Under the pieces are notes generated by a model, which saw only the letters and a program-made list of their open reading frames with translations, was not told the origin of the DNA and ran no database searches. From Bacteroidia bacterium (lineage in GTDB: Bacteria; Bacteroidota; Bacteroidia; UBA7662), in assembly GCA_049317645.1 (NCBI GenBank), contig JBMOHV010000002.1:1-50992 (forward strand): a DNA stretch of 50,992 nt, in the 5' to 3' direction. Both the position numbers and the translations under genes were made by a program. The first letter of the stretch is position 1. Each line of letters begins with the position of its first letter. This document shows, piece after piece, positions 44,192-50,992 of the stretch.

Positions 44192-44893
44192 ATGATTAAC
44201 CCGACCCAATTGCCTTTTGAACATTATATACACCGCAGCAACTGGCTTCGTGCGGCGGTCCTGGGCGCCAACGATGGGATTATTTCGATCGCCAGTCTTG
44301 CGGTGGGGATTGCCTCGGCAGGCACCGAGCGATCGGATGTTCTGCTAGCCACTGTGGCGGGTTTGGTAGCGGGAGCATTGTCCATGGCGGCCGGGGAATA
44401 TGTTTCGGTGAGCGCGCAGACCGATATTGAGCAAGCCGATATTGAACGCGAAAAAGTTGAACTCGCGACCATGCCTGACCAAGAACTAGCCTTGTTGGCC
44501 GATATCTACCGCAAAAGAGGATTGAGCCCCGCCACTGCCATGCAGGTAGCGGTCGAACTCACCGAAAAAGATGCTTTGGGAGCCCATGTTCGGGATGAAT
44601 TGGGCATCAACGATGTTTCGCAGGCCAAGCCCCTGCTGGCTTCGGTGGCATCAGGGGCGGCCTTTTGTGCGGGGGGCTTTCTGCCCTTTTTGGTAGGAAT
44701 GTTATGCCCTATGCCTTTCATGAGCTTGGGGCTGTACCTCACCACCATGGTGGCCTTGTTGGTGCTGGGTTATGCATCGGCGCGGGTGGGCGGTTCCAGT
44801 CCCGCCAAGGCCATGGGGCGGATCGTGATTTGGGGCAGCCTCGCGATGGGCGCCTCGGCCCTGGTGGGTCAATTGTTTGGGGTCACACTTTGA
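44192..44893 (+). CDS. VIT1/CCC1-family iron/manganese transporter
   Basis: NWLRAAVLGANDGIISIASLAVGIASA, AGALSMAAGEYVSVSAQ, a cytosolic acidic helical insert (DIEQADIEREKVEL), and C-terminal TM helices. Confidence 0.8.
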   Translation: MINPTQLPFEHYIHRSNWLRAAVLGANDGIISIASLAVGIASAGTERSDVLLATVAGLVAGALSMAAGEYVSVSAQTDIEQADIEREKVELATMPDQELALLADIYRKRGLSPATAMQVAVELTEKDALGAHVRDELGINDVSQAKPLLASVASGAAFCAGGFLPFLVGMLCPMPFMSLGLYLTTMVALLVLGYASARVGGSSPAKAMGRIVIWGSLAMGASALVGQLFGVTL

Positions 44894-46349
44894 TGCAAAC
44901 ATTGGTGGACTCCGTAAAAAAGCGGAGGGATTCCACGCCACCTTCGCGTCCGATTCCCGAGGCTTTGGCCCCTCCAAAGGGGGTCCGCAAATCCCGGATC
45001 ATCCAACAATTCACCCATACCAACCCAAATTTGAGTTGCTGAGCAACCCGATGGGCCCGGCTGAGATCCGAAGTCCAGACCTGGGCTGCCAAACCAAAGG
45101 GGGTTCCGTTGGCCAGAGCCAAGGCTTCGCCTTCGTCCTCAAAAGGCTGTAGGGTCACCACCGGACCAAAAATTTCCTCCTGGTTGGTTCGACAGGTGTT
45201 ATCGAGACCCTCGATGACCGTGGGTTCCATGAAGAAACCATCCCGGCAAGAACCATCCGGATGTAGGCGGTTTCCACCGCACAAAACGGTCCCACCCTCT
45301 TCGCGAGCCAATTGAACATAGCCCAGGACTTTGTGGAGGTGTCCTTCGGATACTAACGCACCCAGGTTCACCTGTTCCCGCGGATCCCCCACCGTCAAGG
45401 CTTTGACTTTGGCCAAAAAAAGATCGCGGAATGTGTTATAAATCGGTTGTTGAATCAAAATGCGGGAACCGCACAAACAAATTTCGCCTTGGTTGGTAAA
45501 GGCGGCTCGAACAGCGGTTTCCACCGCCTGCTCCAAATCGGCATCCGCAAAGACGATGTTTGGGTTTTTGCCACCCAGCTCCAAGGACATTTTTTTGAAG
45601 AGGGGGGCGGCGAGGCCGGCGATGCGGGCCCCCGTCACCGTACCGCCCGTAAAGCTGATGACCGGAGTACGCGGGTCCGTTATCAACGGCTCCCCGGCCC
45701 GCAGACCGGTGCCATGCACCAGGTTCACCACCCCCGGTGGTACGCCGGCCTCCCCGCACAATTTTCCCAAGAGATACGCTGTCAAAGGCGTGAGCTCGCT
45801 AGGCTTGGCCACCACAGTATTGCCCGCAGCCAAAGCAGGGGCGATCTTCCAGGTCAACAGATACAGCGGCAAATTCCATGGAGAAATGCAGGCCACCACC
45901 CCGATGGGCTGCCGCAACGTAATGTTCAAATGCCCCCCGCTGACCGGCTGGGACTCGGAGCTAAACGTCCGAATTGATGCCGCAAAAAACCGAAAATTGT
46001 CCACGGCTCGGGGGATATCCGTCCGGCTCGCCAGGCTGACCGGCTTGCCCTGATCGGCACTCTCGGCGGCGGCAAGCTCTTCGGCATGCCCTTCAATCAA
46101 ATCCGCCAAACGATGCAACAAGGCAGCTCGCTTTTCGACCGCCATCCCGGACCAGGCCGGAAAGGCCGCCGCCGCCGCCTCCACCGCCATCGCAATATCG
46201 GATGCATCCGAATCCGGAAAACGCCCCATAACCTGCCCAGTCGAGGGGTTGACATTCTCCAACCAAGCTCCCTTGGCGGCAGGCTGCATGCAACCATTCA
46301 CATAATTCAGGATGTCCTCCCCCTCGGTCCACAAGCGCTGTTTCATCAT
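44883..46349 (-). CDS. NAD(P)-dependent aldehyde dehydrogenase
   Basis: ISPWNLPL, FTGGTVTGARI, the catalytic Glu in MSLELGGKNP, the catalytic Cys in FTNQGEICLCGSR, and EEIFGPV. Confidence 0.9.
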   Translation of the reverse strand: MMKQRLWTEGEDILNYVNGCMQPAAKGAWLENVNPSTGQVMGRFPDSDASDIAMAVEAAAAAFPAWSGMAVEKRAALLHRLADLIEGHAEELAAAESADQGKPVSLASRTDIPRAVDNFRFFAASIRTFSSESQPVSGGHLNITLRQPIGVVACISPWNLPLYLLTWKIAPALAAGNTVVAKPSELTPLTAYLLGKLCGEAGVPPGVVNLVHGTGLRAGEPLITDPRTPVISFTGGTVTGARIAGLAAPLFKKMSLELGGKNPNIVFADADLEQAVETAVRAAFTNQGEICLCGSRILIQQPIYNTFRDLFLAKVKALTVGDPREQVNLGALVSEGHLHKVLGYVQLAREEGGTVLCGGNRLHPDGSCRDGFFMEPTVIEGLDNTCRTNQEEIFGPVVTLQPFEDEGEALALANGTPFGLAAQVWTSDLSRAHRVAQQLKFGLVWVNCWMIRDLRTPFGGAKASGIGREGGVESLRFFTESTNVCIKV

Positions 46350-46533
46350 CTTAACTCTATATAATTGAACTATTTAAAAAGACCAAAAGTGATACTAAAA
46401 GCTACGGCACAATTGGCGATGCACTGTTTTCCATTATCTACTGTCTTTGTTAGTTGGTATAAATCTATGCATATTATATTCTTTCGCTAGGCCTTATTGG
46501 TCGTTACCCTATAGCCAGTGCTATCTGTTGTCA

Positions 46534-46836
46534 CTACAGCTGTAGGGTCAATTTTAAATGTCCGCCAAGTCCTTGTTGAATTATTTTCATAAGGGTAGAA
46601 AGGCGAATGTCAGAAGAGTTGTTTTCGATGCGAGAAATGTATGATTTGTTAGTCCCACATTTTTCAGCAAGTTCCTCCTGAGTCATTCCAAGTTTTTTCC
46701 TTGCTTCCTCAAGCAGAACGCCAAGTCGAAAGGATTCAAATTGCTGCTCCCATTGTTCACGTTTTGGCTGTCCCTTTTTGCCATACTTCTTGTCAAGTAT
46801 TTGGTCAAAGGTTGTGATTTTACTATTTGTTTTCAT
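46534..46836 (-). CDS. XRE-family HTH antitoxin (HigA-like)
   Basis: LLEEARKKLGMTQEELAEKCGTNKSYISRIENNSSDIRLSTLMKI is a canonical XRE HTH. Its 5' end overlaps the toxin gene by 14 nt. AT-rich codon usage. Confidence 0.8.
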   Translation of the reverse strand: MKTNSKITTFDQILDKKYGKKGQPKREQWEQQFESFRLGVLLEEARKKLGMTQEELAEKCGTNKSYISRIENNSSDIRLSTLMKIIQQGLGGHLKLTLQL

Positions 46837-47164
46837 TTTGATATTCCTCCATTATTTTAAGTGCTTTTTCTAATTCTTGTTTTGGTGTCTTTTGAGATTT
46901 CTTGTGAAATGCATTTCCAAGAACAACCAAATTGCCTTTGTCAAAGAAGGAGAAAATGCGATAAATATTTCTACCAACTTCTACTCGGATTTCGTAAAGT
47001 CCATTGGTGCCTTCTAAATGCTTAAAATACTTTTCTGGAATATATTGAGTTACCTGAATTAGGTTTAGTGTCCATTCGATTTTCGTTTGCACGTTTTCGG
47101 GCTGCTTCTCGTAAAAGTCGAGAAAATAGTTTTTATAAGCAATTACTTGTCTGTCATCAGGCAC
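46823..47164 (-). CDS. RelE/ParE-superfamily toxin, Gp49/HigB-like
   Basis: 113 aa. ...FLDFYEKQPENVQTKIEWTLNLI...LEGTNGLYEIRVEVGRNIYRIFSFFDKGNLVVLGNAFHKKSQKTP fits the phage Gp49-like/HigB pattern. The toxin-first gene order is HigBA-like. The start codon is GTG and there is no in-frame ATG nearby. Confidence 0.75.
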   Translation of the reverse strand: MPDDRQVIAYKNYFLDFYEKQPENVQTKIEWTLNLIQVTQYIPEKYFKHLEGTNGLYEIRVEVGRNIYRIFSFFDKGNLVVLGNAFHKKSQKTPKQELEKALKIMEEYQNENK

Positions 47165-47196
47165 GATACAAAGTTAACTATTCAGACAACTAATTC

Positions 47197-47204
47197 CAAA
47201 TTTA
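47197..47204 (-). promoter_or_regulatory. Candidate toxin-antitoxin -7 promoter box (TAAATTTG on the minus strand)
   Basis: Plus-strand caaattta is the reverse complement of a perfect TAnnTTTG, ~33 nt upstream of the toxin GTG. Confidence 0.45.
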
Positions 47205-47210
47205 TTTTTG

Positions 47211-47261
47211 CTGAATTTTCGAGAGATTAAGGTGTCTTTGGCCACCTTTTACTGAATTTTC
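47211..47261. repeat. 10-bp direct repeat CTGAATTTTC x2 flanking a 6-bp-stem hairpin
   Basis: Exact copies at 47211-47220 and 47252-47261. Between them lies AAGGTG-tctttggc-CACCTT (47229-47248), followed by TT. Confidence 0.7.
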
Positions 47262-47505
47262 TGATGCAAGAGCCTTGCTGCCTTCCCGGGATTTTGGGAT
47301 AGCCCACTTCATTCCAAATCAAACCTGGCCATTCGTCTTTTTAACTCTCGCACCGTCCAAGTGCCTTTGATGTATTCTATTTTAGAAAAACCTAGTTTAA
47401 TGAGTTAGAAATTTTTATGGGTTCAATGAAATTGGAATAGGATAATTTATTTACAATATGCCCAAAGGGCACAGTCCGTACATTTCCGGAAATCGGCATG
47501 CATCC

Positions 47506-48294
47506 CTACAGATTCGGGGTACGCCCCCCGTCCACCGGCAAATTAATTCCCGTGATATAAGCGGCAGCAGGAGAGGCCAAAAAAGCAATGGCTGCGGCCA
47601 CTTCGTCCGGCGAACCAAAACGACCCGCTGGAATTTCTGCGAGCATTTCGTTTTGGATGTTCTCCACGCTGTGCCCCGTGGACGCCGCCTTGCCTTCGAT
47701 AATGGAAACCAAGCGTTGGGTCAACGTGGCACCTGGTAACACATTGTTAACCGTTATTCCAAAAGGAGCCAATTCCACCGAGAGGGTTTTGGACCAATTG
47801 GCCACCGCCGCGCGAATCGTATTGCTTACGCCCAGACCCCGTAGAGGCGCCTTCACCGAGGTGGATATGACATTGATAATTCGTCCGTAACCGGCCGCCT
47901 TCATGCCCGGTAACACCGCCCGCATTAGTTCGTGTGCCGCCAACAACTGCTGCCTCCAAGGAGCATCAAAGGCCTCGGCCGCCACCGCATGCAGAGCTCC
48001 AGCAGGCGGACCACCGCTGTTGTTCACCAAGATATGCACCTCTTCTTCTGAACCCCGTCCCCAAGACCCGTATCCATCCCGGATCTGCTGCAAATTCTGT
48101 AAATCCACCGCCCAAACCGCGTGCCCAGCACCGCTCAATTCTTTCAATCGCTGCTCCAGCGCCTCGGCGGTACGGGCAGCCATAACAATGCGTGCGCCCG
48201 ATGCGGCCAAAGCCTTGGCCGTAGCCCATCCAATGCCCTGACTGGCCCCGCAGACCAGGGCCGTTTTGCCTTCTAAATTTCCATAGGGTTGCAT
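47506..48294 (-). CDS. SDR-family oxidoreductase (FabG-like) with a non-canonical active-site motif
   Basis: Rossmann motif ALVCGASQGIGWATA. GRIINVISTSV...GVSNTIRAAVANWSKTLSVELAPFGITVNNVLPG aligns without gaps to E. coli FabG GRIITIGSVVG...[34 protein letters not shown] (FabG sequence recalled from memory). Confidence 0.8.
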   Translation of the reverse strand: MQPYGNLEGKTALVCGASQGIGWATAKALAASGARIVMAARTAEALEQRLKELSGAGHAVWAVDLQNLQQIRDGYGSWGRGSEEEVHILVNNSGGPPAGALHAVAAEAFDAPWRQQLLAAHELMRAVLPGMKAAGYGRIINVISTSVKAPLRGLGVSNTIRAAVANWSKTLSVELAPFGITVNNVLPGATLTQRLVSIIEGKAASTGHSVENIQNEMLAEIPAGRFGSPDEVAAAIAFLASPAAAYITGINLPVDGGRTPNL

Positions 48295-48319
48295 TCGCTA
48301 AAAATACAACCCGCCCTGC

Positions 48320-48973
48320 CTACCCCGCCTTGGGACCTGAATTCCTGCGGAAATAAGCGCACCAATCCTGCAAACCACAATCCCCGCAGCGGGGATTCCG
48401 GGCCACACAAACCCGCCGACCGTGCAAAATCAGCCAATGATGGGCCTTTGGAACCAAAGACTCCGGGATATGCCGCATCAATTGAACCTCGGTGGCCAGC
48501 GGGGTTTTGGCACCGCGGGTCAATCCCAATCGGGCCGAAACCCGAAAAACATGGGTGTCCACAGCCATCGCAGCCTCCCCGTGGAGAACCGAAAGAATGA
48601 CATTGGCTGTTTTGCGACCCACCCCGGGCAAAGCCATTAAATCCTCCCTGGTCGAGGGAACCTCCCCCCCAAAGCGCTCCATCAATAGCTGGGCCAAGCC
48701 CGCCAAATGCCTGGCCTTGGCGTTGGGATACGAAATCGATGCTATTAGACCCCGAATGACCTCCTCCCCGGCCGCCGCCATCGTTGCCGCATCCGGCAAT
48801 CGGGCAAACAAGGATCTCGTCACGATGTTCACCCGTTTGTCGGTGCATTGGGCAGACAAAACCACCGCCACCAGCAACTCAAACGGGTTGCGGTACATCA
48901 ATTCCGTCTCCGCCTCCATTCCACTCTCCTCAAAATACCGAAGCACCCCGGCATAACGCTCTTTGATCGTCAT
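48320..48973 (-). CDS. nth: Endonuclease III
   Basis: HhH-GPD elements (LMALPGVGRKTANVILS, AVDTHVFRVS) and the 4Fe-4S loop CVARNPRCGDCGLQDWC. Confidence 0.92.
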   Translation of the reverse strand: MTIKERYAGVLRYFEESGMEAETELMYRNPFELLVAVVLSAQCTDKRVNIVTRSLFARLPDAATMAAAGEEVIRGLIASISYPNAKARHLAGLAQLLMERFGGEVPSTREDLMALPGVGRKTANVILSVLHGEAAMAVDTHVFRVSARLGLTRGAKTPLATEVQLMRHIPESLVPKAHHWLILHGRRVCVARNPRCGDCGLQDWCAYFRRNSGPKAG

Positions 48974-49016
48974 GCCCCAAAACTACCTCCAAGGCCCATT
49001 GGCCCCACCTCCCTAA

Positions 49017-49250
49017 TTAATCTAACATCAAATTGTCCAACCTTGCCAACACCGCAGGGGAAACGGCAGGTGATGGAGAAGGCTGTAAATCGGCGCGTAA
49101 CAAATTTAGCAAACCGCTGACAACGCGGTGTTCTTCTTGGAGCGCGGCATCGGAAATCAGGTGGTGCTCAAAGGCGCCCACCCGGTCCGCGGGCAATTCA
49201 TCAAAAACATACAAAAGAAGCTGTTCCTGGAGGGTCGTGTTTTCGTTCAT
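49017..49250 (-). CDS. Small anti-sigma-factor-like protein (no TM segment)
   Basis: MNENTTLQEQLLLYVFDELPADRVGAFEHHLISDAALQEEHR resembles the N-terminal anti-sigma domain (L..Y.D.EL......E.HL..C). It is positioned just downstream of an ECF sigma gene. No Cys/His zinc motif is present. The track start at 49298 is a TTG. Confidence 0.45.
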   Translation of the reverse strand: MNENTTLQEQLLLYVFDELPADRVGAFEHHLISDAALQEEHRVVSGLLNLLRADLQPSPSPAVSPAVLARLDNLMLD

Positions 49251-49306
49251 AGGCTGTTTTGTTCCTAATAACGAAGCATGCGCCGTTTTCTTATTCAAAA
49301 AATAAA

Positions 49307-49332
49307 ACCCTCCTCATGCCCCCTCCTCATGC
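49307..49332. repeat. 13-bp tandem duplication (ACCCTCCTCATGC / CCCCTCCTCATGC)
   Basis: 12/13 identical adjacent units in the sigma/anti-sigma spacer. On the coding (minus) strand they read GCATGAGGAGGGG GCATGAGGAGGGT. Confidence 0.7.
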
Positions 49333-49366
49333 ATCTCTGCCCAACCCGGGCCGCGCCAGCCCCCCC

Positions 49367-49951
49367 TTATAGGTTGATCCCCTTCTGGTGAATGAGTTTG
49401 CGCAGGTTGCTCAGCGCGTACCGCATCCGGCCCAAAGCCGTATTGATGCTGACCCCGGTGGCATCGGCAATCTCCTTGAAGCTCAAATCCCCGTAAATCC
49501 GCATAATAAGGACCTCGCGCTGCTCTTCGGGCAGACGGGCGACCAATTGCTTGACCTTGGCCAGGCTCTGCTTCATCATCAACTTGTCCTCGGCATGCAG
49601 CTCGGTATCGCTCATCCGGGCCAGGGGATCCCAATCGTCATCGGCACGGACCAAAGGCATCCGGCTGTTCCGGCGAAAATGGTCAATGCAGAGGTTGTGG
49701 GCAATGCGCAAAATCCAAGGCAAAAACTTGCCTTCCTCGTTGTAGCGACCGGCCTGCAGGGTCTGCATCGCCTTCACAAAAGTGTCCTGGAATAAATCCT
49801 CGGCCAGTTCCTGATGGCGGACCAGCTGATAAATCGTTGTGAAAATGCGGGTTTTGTGGCGGTGCATTAACACCGACATGGCGGCCTGGTGGCCTGAAAC
49901 ATAGCGCCGAATCAGCTCCTGATCGCTAACGCCCATGACTTGTGAAGACAT
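49367..49951 (-). CDS. ECF-type sigma-70 family RNA polymerase sigma factor
   Basis: Region 2 (AEDLFQDTFVKAMQ...FLPWILRIAHNLCIDHFRR) and region 4 HTH (REVLIMRIYGDLSFKEIADATGVSINTALGRMRYA). Confidence 0.88.
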   Translation of the reverse strand: MSSQVMGVSDQELIRRYVSGHQAAMSVLMHRHKTRIFTTIYQLVRHQELAEDLFQDTFVKAMQTLQAGRYNEEGKFLPWILRIAHNLCIDHFRRNSRMPLVRADDDWDPLARMSDTELHAEDKLMMKQSLAKVKQLVARLPEEQREVLIMRIYGDLSFKEIADATGVSINTALGRMRYALSNLRKLIHQKGINL

Positions 49952-50135
49952 AGAGAGGGGTTTAGGTTAGCGTAGGGTCTGTTCCGATAGGCGCGATGGG
50001 TTTTATAGGGTGTTGTTGGAGACGAAGTTAAACTGATTTTTTCTAATTCCAAGGCCTTGGGTGGTTTTTGTTTTGGTGGCTTCGTCCGCACCTTTGCAAT
50101 CGCCTTTGCAGGACTCGCCCTGCACGGGTTGGACC

Positions 50136-50992
50136 ATGCCCGCCAAAACCCCTGCCAAAACGCCCAAAACCAGCGCAAAGACGCCCAAATTGCCCGCCAA
50201 GGCGGCAAAAGACATCGCCAAGACGCCCGATACCCTGATAACACCCCCGGACCGCGGCGGGATCGAAATCCGCAACGCCCGCATGCACAACCTGCGCGGT
50301 ATCGATGTGGTTCTGCCCCGGCACCAATTGGTGGTGGTCACCGGCTTGTCGGGTTCGGGCAAGTCCAGTTTGATTTTTGATACCCTCTACGCCGAAGGGC
50401 AGCGCCGCTACGTGGAGAGCCTCTCGTCCTATGCCCGGCAATTTCTGCAACGAATGCCCAAGCCCGAAGTGGACGATATCCGGGGCCTGAGCCCGGCCAT
50501 GGCCATTGACCAACATCACTTATCCCGCAATCCCCGCTCCACGGTGGGGACCACCACCGAGATCTACGATTATTTCCGTTTGCTTTTTGCCCGCTGCGGG
50601 CATACCCTGGACCCCCAAAGCGGGGAGGAAGTAAGGGCCTACAACACCGAAGACCTCCTCAAGGAGCTCCGTCAAAAACGCCTCGAAACCGCCGAAGCGG
50701 GCGCCGAATTATTGGTGCTCTGCCCACTGACTGCCGTCGAGCAGGCCCGCCATGATCACCACGGCCTGCAGGCCTACCTGGAGGAATTGCTGCAGCGGGG
50801 CTATACCCGCCTTTGGTCCGAAGGGACCCTGCTGCGCCTGGAATCCCTTTTGGAACCCAAAACGCGCTCGGCCCCCAAAATCCCCCCCGCCCTGCATTTG
50901 GTACTGGATAGAGTCGTTTGGGAACCAATCCCTGCCCAAAGCCCCTCCAAAAGCCCCTCCAAAAGCCCCCAATCCGAGGCGGATTTTCCGGA
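50136..50992 (+). CDS. uvrA: Excinuclease ABC subunit UvrA (5' part; continues beyond the window)
   Basis: Not in the ORF track because there is no stop before the window edge. The frame is open from 50037 with an ATG at 50136. It translates to ...IEIRNARMHNLRGIDVVLPRHQLVVVTGLSGSGKSSLIFDTLYAEGQRRYVESLSSYARQF...AIDQHHLSRNPRSTVGTTTEIYDYFRLLFARCG. Confidence 0.9.
   Translation, partial: MPAKTPAKTPKTSAKTPKLPAKAAKDIAKTPDTLITPPDRGGIEIRNARMHNLRGIDVVLPRHQLVVVTGLSGSGKSSLIFDTLYAEGQRRYVESLSSYARQFLQRMPKPEVDDIRGLSPAMAIDQHHLSRNPRSTVGTTTEIYDYFRLLFARCGHTLDPQSGEEVRAYNTEDLLKELRQKRLETAEAGAELLVLCPLTAVEQARHDHHGLQAYLEELLQRGYTRLWSEGTLLRLESLLEPKTRSAPKIPPALHLVLDRVVWEPIPAQSPSKSPSKSPQSEADFP

Noticed and set aside
46351-47348. 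8-bp direct repeat TTAACTCT (46351-46358 and 47341-47348) as a possible target-site duplication of the TA islet.
   Set aside because: The right copy lies well inside the AT-rich tract rather than at its boundary. An 8-mer match between two AT-rich ~100-bp zones is plausible by chance, and no terminal inverted repeats or recombinase are present.
47459-47492. Small hairpins (TGCCC-aaa-GGGCA and TTTCCGGAAA) just downstream of the SDR stop, as a terminator.
   Set aside because: The stems are only 5 bp with minimal loops, and there is no clear U-tract on the relevant strand. Too weak to annotate.
1-50992. Checked for CRISPR arrays, rRNA genes, transposases/integrases, retron/DGR-like reverse transcriptases and classic defence genes (restriction-modification, Abi, CBASS-like).
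   Set aside because: There are no regularly spaced repeats longer than the short tandem repeats listed above. No ORF carries recombinase, RT, nuclease-helicase or cyclase signatures that I could recognise. The TA pair is the only defence-type module.

Overview
About 51 kb of tightly packed chromosome, about 55-57% GC by eye. It most likely comes from a Bacteroidota genome. Evidence: a cargo protein with a type IX secretion (T9SS) C-terminal sorting domain, a PorV-like outer-membrane (OM) protein, TonB-dependent barrels with CarboxypepD_reg N-termini, a SPOR protein, and perfect TAnnTTTG -7 promoter boxes in several intergenic regions. Layout, left to right: (1) tRNA-CAU and an SRPBCC protein. 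(2) An envelope-glycan/LPS-type locus at 0.9-12.9 kb: LptF/G permease, GT4, two GT2, GT9, a Wzz-like protein, an O-antigen-ligase-like protein, an OM barrel, an orphan DppC-like permease and a polytopic membrane protein. (3) ruvC, a HIT protein and greA. (4) A co-oriented three-gene OM module at 14.5-23.4 kb: a 1240-aa Oar-like TonB-dependent barrel, a 1343-aa T9SS-CTD protein of no family I recognise, and a PorV-like protein. This is my best candidate for an undescribed system. (5) Housekeeping genes: nitronate monooxygenase-like, TPR, radA, hflX, anmK, an epimerase, an FtsX-type permease, a methyltransferase, rbfA, a thioesterase, an M20 amidohydrolase, SPOR and secA. (6) A TPP riboswitch with terminator in front of a TonB-dependent receptor. 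(7) An accessory stretch at 42.3-47.5 kb: an arsR/DUF6428-like/arsC cluster with no arsenite pump, a VIT1/CCC1 transporter, an aldehyde dehydrogenase, and an AT-rich islet carrying a HigB/HigA-like toxin-antitoxin pair. (8) An atypical SDR, nth, an ECF sigma factor with a small anti-sigma-like ORF, and the 5' part of uvrA. No rRNA, CRISPR array, transposase or integrase was seen. All family calls rest on motif recognition by eye; no searches were run.
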